Shown: piece by piece, positions 24,639-33,974 of the stretch
How the letters are laid out: every line of letters begins with the position of its first letter
Position numbering within the stretch: position 1 is the stretch's first letter
NCBI GenBank assembly: GCA_950097015.1
Contig: CATNEN010000010.1
Span: 1,984,001 to 2,048,000 of the forward strand
Source of the DNA: Macrostomum hystrix
Taxonomy: Eukaryota; Animalia; Platyhelminthes
Direction of reading: 5' to 3'
DNA: 64,000 bases
Notes under the pieces: generated by a model
What the model saw: only the letters and a program-made list of their open reading frames with translations
Told to the model about the DNA's origin: nothing
Databases searched by the model: none
Made by a program: the position numbers and the translations under genes

Positions 24639-24985
24639 GGAAATTCTTGGAAATTCAGAACGATAACTGCGTGATTTTAACTTGGAAAATCCAAGCTAAA
24701 TTATTGCTGCCTTGATGACGTCGACCTTCTGCCATCCAAAAATAACTGGATAAACAATCGAGTACTCAGAACTGCTCATAAAACTGCAGCCCTACACACT
24801 TGAACTGTTCGTCCAATGGTGTGCATTACAGTTTCCTGGCACTAGCCGATCCCAAGGCTACAGACATGTGTACAGCACGCCCTGCCGACAATTGAAGCTG
24901 CGTCAGGTCTAAAATTGGCGCCCAAACCGAAAACGAAAATGCTGCAGACAACGCCTTCCAACCGACCGGCCGCTGCAGTATAAAA
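24639..24985 (+). promoter_or_regulatory. Promoter of UBL-fusion gene 1: GAS-like, Rel-family-like, IRF-like and TATA elements
   Basis: TTCTTGGAA 24644-24652; TGGAAATTC twice; TTGGAAAATCCAAG 24682-24695; GAAAACGAAA 24929-24938; TATAAAA 24979-24985. Confidence 0.5.
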
Positions 24986-25085
24986 ATGGGAGCCCTGTCT
25001 GCAGCGGCACTAACTCAAACCACTGGCAGAAGGCTTTATATTTGATCTAGAAGTCTGTTAGCTTTAGCTTAGATAGCTTAGAACT

Positions 25086-25574
25086 ATGAGCCCTCAGCAG
25101 CAGCAGTTGATCCGGAGTGCCATCGCCAGCATCGCTAACGGTGACGCTGGTCGTGGTCAGCAAAACTCGGCTTCAGCCGAAGCCCAGCTTCGTAGAGCTC
25201 AGGAGCTTCACGCGGAGCTCAGCAGCGGCGGCCGGCAGCGCCCCGGCCTGCTCACTGAGGCCGAGACCGTCGCGCAAAATTACCTAAGGCTCGTTGGCCG
25301 ACTGGCGCCCAACGAGAGCCTCCGGGACAATTTGACTGTAAGGATCCATGGAACGGACGGTCGGCCTCGTGAGGTCATTGTGCCTCGGTGGGAGACCGTC
25401 CAGTATCTGCAGAACCAGATGGGTCAGGTTGGTGGACTGATCCTGGGCGGACGTCCGCTGGCTGGCGAGACACTAGTCTACGACTTGTGGCTGCGCGATC
25501 AGCTCGGTAGCCTGACCGTGGCCAACAATCAGCAGCCTAGGATTCAAGCCACTGTGCGCAACACAGCTGGCTGA
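25086..25574 (+). CDS. Helical (MIT-like?) domain plus C-terminal ubiquitin-like domain, paralogue 1 (162 aa, intronless)
   Basis: The C-terminal half aligns to the ubiquitin fold (LTVRIHGTDGR..ETVQYLQ..LILGGRPL..IQATVRNTAG*). Roughly 40% identical by eye to 28053-28556. TATA box ~100 bp upstream. Confidence 0.85.
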   Translation: MSPQQQQLIRSAIASIANGDAGRGQQNSASAEAQLRRAQELHAELSSGGRQRPGLLTEAETVAQNYLRLVGRLAPNESLRDNLTVRIHGTDGRPREVIVPRWETVQYLQNQMGQVGGLILGGRPLAGETLVYDLWLRDQLGSLTVANNQQPRIQATVRNTAG

Positions 25575-25944
25575 GTGCGTTTCTTGAGCGAAAAGACAAT
25601 TTTTAAGATTTGTGCAGGCACTCCTTGGTTTGTGTGTAAATATTTTATCACGGCCGTGAGACACTGACAGGTAGGCTGGGTAAAAATGGTTCATTCTTTT
25701 AACAACTAGCTCTCCACCTGCCCTGTTCTCCGCATCGATTCGATTGTCGAGCAAAAGTTTGGCGTCCCGACTCAGTCAGTTAATCCAGCTGATTTAATCG
25801 GGTTTGTCTAAACTCAATGGAAATATTTTAGCCAACTTTGATATCCAGACAGGAACAGTTTCCTCATATTTTGTCAAGCTTTCTCTCTCGCTGAAAAAGC
25901 CAAGAAAACACACTTTTAACCTGATATTTATGACGAAATTTTAC

Positions 25945-26740
25945 CAGTGACATTTTACCAATTAAGAAAGCAATCTAATTTTGCATCCGGCGAGAGAGCA
26001 AGCTGGTCTGGCCCTGCAGTGCGGCACCCCCTGTGGCTGCGGCCATCGATCGATTGGAGAATAAGGCAGCGGGAGAGCAGTTCTTAGAGAATGAACCATT
26101 TCCAGTAGAAAGGCTCACAAGTCCTCTGGGTTCTTCATCCGCCCCTCTCCGCTCTCCATCCGCCCCTCTCCGCTCTTCATCCGCCCTCTCCGCTCTTCAT
26201 CCGCCCTCTCCGCTCTCCATCCGCCCCTCTCCGCTATTCATCCGCCCCTCTCCGCTCTTCATCCGCCCATCTCCGCTCTCCATCCGCCCCTCTCCGCTCT
26301 TCATCCGCCCCTCTCCGTTCTCCATCCGCCCCTCTCCGCTCTCCATCCGCCCCTCTCCGCTCTCCATCCGCCCCTCTCCGCTCTTCACCGCCCTTCTCCG
26401 CTCTTCATTCGGTCGTTTCCATCCGTTAACGGACTGATTTTATGGACAAAAGTTCAATATTTTAAGAAAAAAGCATCGCATGTAGCTCGTAGACTGTTTG
26501 ACGCGACCAAGGACGTGACTGCGCGCTGAGAAAAGAAACGAACTGACCTAAAGTATCGATTAATTATCGGCCTTTAATTTTGAAAGAACTATATATTCTG
26601 CCACGAGCAGGTTATTGATTGATTACAAAATTTATTTATCCCGCTTTCGCTGCGCGTCGCCTCCGGGGCTGCCGCGCGGTGCAGCGCCAGACCTGCTTGC
26701 TCTCTCTCGCCCGATTCAATTTAAATCGTTTCTTAACTAT
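25945..26740. mobile_element. MITE-like element with inverted arms enclosing a 21 bp minisatellite
   Basis: ggcgagagagcaagctggtctggccctgca (~25989-26018) is the reverse complement of tgcagcgccagacctgcttgctctctctcgcc (~26680-26711). Similarity extends to the ttaagaaa / tttcttaa flanks. Confidence 0.6.
26130..26405. repeat. 21 bp minisatellite (catccgcccctctccgctct(t/c))
   Basis: About 13 copies. Confidence 0.96.
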
Positions 26741-27289
26741 TAACAGCGGCTAATAAAATCTTTTTGTAATATTGATTGATCATATTTATTTACTGTAATT
26801 TCAAAAAAAAAATAATTCAACAAAATTCCGTGCACTGAATCTCTTTTGCTAAACTTTAATTTATCCAAATATTCAAGTCTATTTTTCTGCATTAACCTGT
26901 ACCGCTTTAGAACTGCAATGAATCCCACAATAAAAAACTAATTCCTAATATAATATCGAAGGCTTTCTGTTTGTTACAAAGGCAAAATGACGCTTTTTCA
27001 AATTTTCTATAAAATTTGGAATACTAAGCAACATGAAATTCAAAAATAGCAATGAGCTCATTGCTGCTGCGTACTTTTTAGCTGTGCACACAAGTTTCCT
27101 CTTTTGCTTTTTACTCATTTTAACGGCCAATGGTGCAGAGAAAGAAGGAAAGTTGAAAAAAGTCACTAATCGTAGAAACATCGGATTAGTGACTTCTCTT
27201 GTTTTGTACATAACAGAAATTTAATATTTCACCTGATCTAATTTGGGCCAGATTTACAGTCGACAGGATAGAAATTGCGTGACGTATCT

Positions 27290-27490
27290 GCAGTCTGCGT
27301 ACCGCTGTTCAGTCCATGGACTGGGCCACAACCACCCTTAATAATACTGGCACCCAATAAACAGCTGAATGAACTGATTGTCCGTGTCTTGCTAAAGGAC
27401 ACAAATTGTTCTATGGGAGTCGGGAATCGAACCCCCGACCTATAAGTCCCGAGTCTGACGCTCTTATTACTAGCTAGGCTACTAGGCCGT
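27290..27490 (-). mobile_element. tRNA-derived SINE, copy 3
   Basis: Head ggcctagtagcctagctagt..., B-box gggttcgattccc, core tgtgtcctttagcaagacac, 3' ccagtccatggactgaacag. Confidence 0.78.
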
Positions 27491-27645
27491 AGGGCTCTCT
27501 AAAATTTCTCTAAAATTTGAAGAAATAGTTGGAAGTTTGGCTTAAAAAACACGCATATACTTGAAAAGCACAAAAAACTGAATCTCATTGAAACTGGCAT
27601 ATCTTTGATGCGTTTGTGATGCTTGCGTGCTTGTTAGGGAAACAT

Positions 27646-27956
27646 TTCTTAGAAAAGTATGAGAAACTGCAGTTGCAGTTTAGCAAGAAAAACTTTCTGG
27701 GGTTTATGCAATATTCTAAATTAAGGTCATTAGACCTTAGAAACAATGAGTCGTTGATATTTTTAGGAAATCAAATACTGCTGTTTTTTGGAAAATCCAA
27801 GTCAAAACTTGTGCTCTGCAATGTACTCGACAATCTACTCTGCCTTCCAAAGCTCGAATCTCGTACGGCTACGACGGCTGCAACAGTCGGTGTGACGTTG
27901 TCGCTAAATTTGGCCCTTAAACCGAAAATTTTGACGCGAACCGTCGGTTATAAATA
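27646..27956 (+). promoter_or_regulatory. Promoter of UBL-fusion gene 2
   Basis: TTCTTAGAA 27646-27654; TTGGAAAATCCAAG 27788-27801 (identical to gene 1); ctaaatttggcccttaaaccgaaaa 27904-27928 (homologous to 24909-24933); TATAAATA 27949-27956. Confidence 0.5.
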
Positions 27957-28052
27957 CGTGCATGCTGAGAGCTGATTCAGTGTGAGATGCAAGGCTTCCA
28001 AGCCAAGTTAGAACTCGGATCAAGTCAGCAATCAACTCCTTCTACATCGAAC

Positions 28053-28556
28053 ATGAGCCAGCGCGAGAATATTCTTATCCAGCGGGCCCTCGAAAGCATT
28101 GCAGACGGCAGCGCAGCCGCTGGAATGCCGCTGAGCCAGCCGGAAGCAGAGGCGAAGGCGCGGGAGCGAGCGAAGGTACTGCATGCGGAGCTCCGACGCG
28201 GCGGTCCAGTGAGGCCCGGTCTGCAGAACGATGCCGTCACAACAGCTCAGAGCTACCTAGAACTCATGGGGCATCTTGCGCCTTCGGAGAGCTTGCTGGC
28301 AGAAATGCAGTTCAAGGTGCGCAGAATCGACGGAAGAGAAGAGAAGTTCTCAGTGCTCCGTTCAGAGACGGTTGGCCAGCTCAAAAAGCGAGTCGAAGGC
28401 GCCAGCGACGGTGGCTTCGGCTTCATGTTGCTCGGCAAGCCGCTGACCGACGATGCTCAACTGGTGTACGACCTGTGGCTGCTGAAACGTCTGGGCAGCC
28501 GGACAGCTCAGAACCCGCCCTGGGTACAGCTCACTGTGCGCAGCTCTGCCGGATGA
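28053..28556 (+). CDS. Helical (MIT-like?) domain plus C-terminal ubiquitin-like domain, paralogue 2 (167 aa; in-frame upstream ATG at 27987)
   Basis: MQFKVRRIDGREEKFSVLRSETVGQLKKRVEG..LLGKPLTDD..VQLTVRSSAG* aligns with ubiquitin [50 protein letters not shown]. Confidence 0.87.
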   Translation: MSQRENILIQRALESIADGSAAAGMPLSQPEAEAKARERAKVLHAELRRGGPVRPGLQNDAVTTAQSYLELMGHLAPSESLLAEMQFKVRRIDGREEKFSVLRSETVGQLKKRVEGASDGGFGFMLLGKPLTDDAQLVYDLWLLKRLGSRTAQNPPWVQLTVRSSAG

Positions 28557-29059
28557 TACAAATACTTGGTGAACAAATTCCATGATGCTTTATTCACGGC
28601 TAACAATACTGTCAATTGTGCCTATTTTTAAAGACGAACTCCGTCAGTACACTTGTATTTGTGTTTTTTAGTGATTTGAGCTTTGCTGGCTGATTTTCGT
28701 GACCGAAAAGTTCTCCCGTCGGTCACCCAAATCCCCTTATAAATGTGTATCTTCCGCTTCATCTGTATGAACTGCGCCAGACAAGCTTGCTCTCTAGCCG
28801 CAAAAAGTACGCTTTGGATTTTTCTCTAATCCGTTTTGCTTTTTCAGTTTATCCTATGGATCTTTCCATAAGGGAAGAAAGTTTTTTTTAACTTGCAAAA
28901 CAGCATTGCTCCTATAAAATAAATTATTTCTACTCAAGATCATTCTCTTGTCCTACTAAAAGTAGAGTATTGAAAACTAACAAATTCTTGGTTTGTCTCG
29001 TTTTCAGCTCAAAATTCAAAAGAATAAAACGCAAAAAATGAAAGTGATTTAATTTCCGT

Positions 29060-29605
29060 AGCGATAGTCATAGCAGAATCGTATTAGCAATAGTCATATC
29101 AGAATCGTATTAGCGATAGTCATAGCAGAATCGTATTAGCGATAGTCATAGCAGAATCGTATTAGCAATAGTCATAGCAGAATCGTATTAGCGATAGTCA
29201 TAGCAGAATCGTATTAGCGATAGTCATAGCAGAATCGTATTAGCTATAGTCATAGCAGAATCGTATTAGCTATAGTCATAGCAGAATCGTATTAGCGATA
29301 GTCATAGCAGAATCGTATTAGCGATAGTCATAGCAGAATCGTATTAGCGATAGTCATAGCAGAATCGTATTAGCGATAGTCATAGCAGAATCGTATTAGC
29401 GATAGTCATAGCAGAATCGTATTAGCGATAGTCATAGCAGAATCGTATTAGCAATAGTCATAGCAGAATCGTATTAGCAATAGTCATAGCAGAATCGTAT
29501 TAGCTATAGTCATAGCAGAATCGTATTAGCTATAGTCATAGCAGAATCGTATTAGCAATAGTCATAGCAGAATCGTATTAGCTATAGTCATAGCAGAATC
29601 GTACT
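29060..29605. repeat. 26 bp minisatellite (tagcgatagtcatagcagaatcgtat)
   Basis: About 21 near-identical copies with no spacers. Confidence 0.98.
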
Positions 29606-30708
29606 ATTTTCTACTGCAATATCTTTTAGGTATATTTGGCTGCGTATCATTGCTTCATGAAAATTTCTGTTTTCCGTTTCGTCTAAATTCAATGCGAAAC
29701 GTTTCTACACTTAGCCTGATCTTGTCTGATGAATACAGAAGCAGCATGGTCTATTGAAAAGTCCTTTTGAATGGTGCAACCAGTGAGGGCTGTCGTGCAG
29801 CATATCCGCACTGTGGAAGGCCATCTGAACACACCGAGCATGGGTAATGCGGCAGCTGGGGTTCGACTTCATTCATATTTTCCCTGCAGCCTTCAACCGG
29901 CCTGATTGAATCGGGCTCCATCTGTCCCGATTCCATATTTGAAGTCGGATCCGTTTGATCCGCCCTAGCCAGCTGATTGAGGGGGCTGACTCGAGCTCGA
30001 TTCGAGTTCCAAATAAATTGAGCCCGAATTCGGGGAAAAGAAGCAGCCTTCTAAAAAATTGACAGCGCTCCTGGCAGGACAGCAACTGGGGTAAGTATAG
30101 GCTGAGTGTAAGCAGATTTTTTCTGGTATTTTCGAGAAGTGAATCAAGATAACAAGGTGCACTCACGTTTATCCTATAGTCTGCAGTGTAGCTAGCGAAT
30201 CGCGCATCAATATTTGAGTTGAGTGCTATAGTCAAAAGCAACCTGATGCTGAAGCAGATTAAATTGTGTTGGAGCAATACGGATTGCTAATTTGAGTACA
30301 AATTCCCCGCCTGCATATAAATAGCTCAATCATGTTTTCAGACAGGAAGTTGTTCGCATTTACCGGCACACTCTGCATCCAACAGCATTTCAGAGGACTC
30401 TCGAAGGCCTTGCTAAGAGCCGCTTAAAAATATTCCCTACTCAAGTATAGTCCCATACGTACGACCTATCCAGGCTAATTCAGAGTGCTTTCCCTGACTA
30501 TCGACCGCTTTTTCATAATCGACCAAAACATATTTTGTGTTTTTTATTGCCATGTTTGAGCAGCCAACTACCTGTGAAGACTAGCGTATAAATGCAGAAG
30601 CGTCATCTGCCTCATCGAATACTTTCGCAGGTTGCAATCCTACTATCATTTACTATATAGACCCCCTCTGCATGTTCCACAGGTTCTAACTGGTACCTGT
30701 GCATCTTT

Positions 30709-31809
30709 ATGGAAAATGAAACGCTGAATGCGACAGGTGCGCCGGACTACGAGGGGCCGCCACCGTGGTATTTTGACGCCGGTTGGAACCTGTTTGTGCG
30801 CGGCGCCTTCTCCTGGCTGTTCCCAATCTTTGTGCTAACGGGAGGCATCCTGAACGCAGCCTGTTTTATAGTTACTGCCGCCAACAGGAAGTCGTTTCCA
30901 AGAAACAGCCGGCTCTACATGTTACTCATCAGTGCTAATGACACTGTACTCCTGCTAGTGAAGGGGACCATCTACTACTTTGACGTCATGGGTACCCTGG
31001 TGACGGATCCCTGGCCCTGGTACAAACCTGTGCGCAGTTTGAACGCACCGGTAATGCGAATCTATTATATAATGTCCTACATGACAATGTTCGGGGCTCC
31101 GTTCTTCCAGCTAGGCCTCACGGTGGACCGAGCTGTCGCTGTTTGCTTTCCGTTGAAGGCTAAGCAGTTGATGAATCGGCGAAACAGTGCCATCTTGCTG
31201 GCTATTGTCTTGATCCTGGTCATGTCCTTCCCCATCTTGACAATCTACCTTATCCAGTTTGACCCAGTTCTTGGCGTCACTGTGGTGGCTGACGACCTCT
31301 ACTATGATTTCTATACGCAGTACGAGCTCTACGTCGGACGGCTGATGCTGGCGGCCCTGCTGATAATTGGCACTGCGCTTATCTGTGTAATGCTACTTCG
31401 CAGCGCCCGCGGCCTCGGCGAACCCAGCGGTGGCGGCGACGACAAACGAAAGGCTCGCGCCATCAGGCTGAGCCTAGTGCTGGTCATTCTGAATCTGAAT
31501 TTTATGCTGTTCACGCTGCCTTGGAGTCTGGCCAGTGCGGTGGAAACTTTTCACCTGATCGACTGGGTACCCCAGGCTCAGAGGGACAGAATGTTCGAGT
31601 GCTTTAATGTGCTGTTGTTTCTGAACAGCGCTTGCAACTGGATCGCCTACTTCATGGGCCAGGGATTTCGCAACAACTTCGTCGCCACGTTTCGGCTTGA
31701 CCGCTGCTGCTGCGTCGGCTCCATGGGCGGCAACAGCGGCAGCCGCGGCGGAGGACGCACCGGATCGACATGGAAGACAACGAGCTCAATGGCCGTTACC
31801 GCTAACTGA
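30709..31809 (+). CDS. Orphan class A (rhodopsin-family) GPCR, peptide/chemoreceptor-like, intronless CDS
   Basis: Seven hydrophobic segments; TM1 GILN, TM2 ISANDT, TM3 LTVDRAVAVCFPL, TM6 FTLPW, TM7 NSACNWIAY; N-glycosylation sequons (NET, NAT); C-tail CCC. Confidence 0.93.
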   Translation: MENETLNATGAPDYEGPPPWYFDAGWNLFVRGAFSWLFPIFVLTGGILNAACFIVTAANRKSFPRNSRLYMLLISANDTVLLLVKGTIYYFDVMGTLVTDPWPWYKPVRSLNAPVMRIYYIMSYMTMFGAPFFQLGLTVDRAVAVCFPLKAKQLMNRRNSAILLAIVLILVMSFPILTIYLIQFDPVLGVTVVADDLYYDFYTQYELYVGRLMLAALLIIGTALICVMLLRSARGLGEPSGGGDDKRKARAIRLSLVLVILNLNFMLFTLPWSLASAVETFHLIDWVPQAQRDRMFECFNVLLFLNSACNWIAYFMGQGFRNNFVATFRLDRCCCVGSMGGNSGSRGGGRTGSTWKTTSSMAVTAN

Positions 31810-32219
31810 GCAGCGAGGCCTTCAAGTGTAACTGTTATGAGACTTCAGCTCCTGTTATGAGAACCATGGAAACAAAGTACATTGCCTATCGGATAGTTTT
31901 GCAAAAATATGCCAAATAATCGGATAAACTCTTGAATGAGTATATTGTGAGGAAAAAACAGGACAGATAACTCCTGCTTTGGCCATATTTGGACACAAAA
32001 ATTGTTTTGAACTTCACGGTAAATTTTCAGTTGCCAGTCGTAAAAATTGTTGGATTGTTATTCTGTACTTTCTTCTAGCCTAGTTTTTGAGATTGTTGGC
32101 TCGTAAAAAGTTCCTTGTTTATAGATAGGCGCAGGCTTCTGCTGCTTCAATTGTCCGCTGGTTTTTAGTGCATTTAAAACAATTATAGGGGCCATGAAAA
32201 CTTACAAGGACAGTGCGCC

Positions 32220-32500
32220 GAATCTCATTTTCTCTTTTCATTCTCATTCAAATTCTCATTCTCATTCTCATTTTCCCAAATCTCATTTCAACGAATCTCA
32301 TTTCACCGAATCTCATTTTCCCGAATCTCATTTCACCGAATCTCATTTCACCGGATCTCATTTTCCCGAATCTCATTTCACCGAATCTCATTTCACCGGA
32401 TCTCATTTTCCCGAATCTCATTTTCCCGAATCTCATTTCACCGAATCTCATTTCACCGAATCTCATTTCAACGAATCTCATGTCACGAATCTCATTTCCC
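32220..32500. repeat. 15 bp minisatellite (tctcatttcaccgaa)
   Basis: About 15 copies. Confidence 0.96.
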
Positions 32501-33974
32501 GGAATCTAATTAATTATTTGTGGTCAAATAGCCGTTTATGAATCAAATGTATCAAAATACAATTATTTGGGGCGCACCGCAGCCACGGAGAGAAGGCTTG
32601 GAGGCTTGTCGTGCAATGTACGCCATTGAGGGTCAACCACCAAGGCACAGTGAGAGTGTACGCTGCCTGACGATGAATATGTAGGCTACATGCGTGTGTA
32701 CTCTGTAGTGAGCGAAATGAGTAGAATTTCTCCCTCGCTAGGTCAACTGTCTGACACCAGAAGATGTGCCGTTACCCGCAGCCTCCTGTAAATATTATTA
32801 TGACCTGGGAAATAAGCACTTTTCTAAACTCCAGACAATAAATTCTAAATCAGAAACGGTGGGGTTGGAAAGGTCAAAGTCGATCTTGTGGGGCGGGGCC
32901 TGGCACAAACGAATTCTGTTGCGTCACTGCAGACTCGCGGGCTCCCACCACTTCCTGTTTAACAGACATCTGTCTACTGTGACCCCACCACTCGCGAGCC
33001 TCCCATTCTCCACTCCTTCAGTGTCCAAATACTCTTTGTTCTTGATTTCGGATCTACAAGATCTCTTTGTCCGAGCACCCACTAAGTCATCGCTTATTCT
33101 GTTAGGCCGTGTAGATTAAGATTCTTATAACTGAATCAAGGCTGGCAGACAGGTTTCTTCTGATATCTAAAATCTACCTGCACGTGCGAATAAAAGCAGA
33201 AAAGTGCTCGACTTCCTTGCCTTTCCTTTGGCTGTAATACGCAACTGTCTAAGCTTGCTATTTATTCACTTGATGCATACCCAATTGTATGAACGATACA
33301 CGCGTTCAGCACAACATTACTTTAAAGGATTTTAAACTGTTTAAACAGAAAATTATTAGTTTATTGCTGAAACTTTCGGGATGACCCTGGCAGCAAGCAT
33401 TTCATAAGCGCAAATCAATTTGCTGCTTGCTTTGACGAAAACTGAGCTAGCTGTGTTATCATAAACATTGAGCTGGCCACCCACACAGGACAGTCGCACT
33501 GGTGGGAGATTTGAGTCGAGCTCAACAACAAGAACGTGATGCGGAAGACACGGGTGGGCAATGGGAAAAAACAAACTCACACCGATAAGAGCCGAGCAGA
33601 CGGGGCAACAGACTGGACCGGACCACACAGGCAGAATGTCATCCTTGCTGGGACAGACAGACAGGCTTAAAGTACATAAAGACTGGCGGATAAACAGTTA
33701 CCTGGAAGATAAGAAACCATGAGGGAACCAGAACAGACACTGGCTTGGTTTCTAAGCTGAAGACCCAGACAGACACTGTGGGAGTCGACACGCCAATTAC
33801 AAAACAAAGCAAGCAACGTCAAGAAATTTAAAATGGTATAAGAGGAATAGCACAAACTATAAAATAATAACAAGGCGCAAAATAACAGGAGCCATTAATT
33901 GGAAAGCTGGCAGTTTGGTTTATAAGCGAATACTAAAAATACGAGCAGTAAGATAAAGAAATCTGGGACATGAA

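Noticed and set aside
27400-27490. tRNA gene candidates (also 1740-1806 and 20895-20958)
   Set aside because: A and B boxes are present but there is no complete cloverleaf or acceptor stem, and each continues into a SINE core.
29060-29605. CRISPR-like appearance of the 26 bp array (also the 24 bp palindromic array at 61795-62175)
   Set aside because: Units are contiguous with no unique spacers, there are no cas genes, and the context is eukaryotic.
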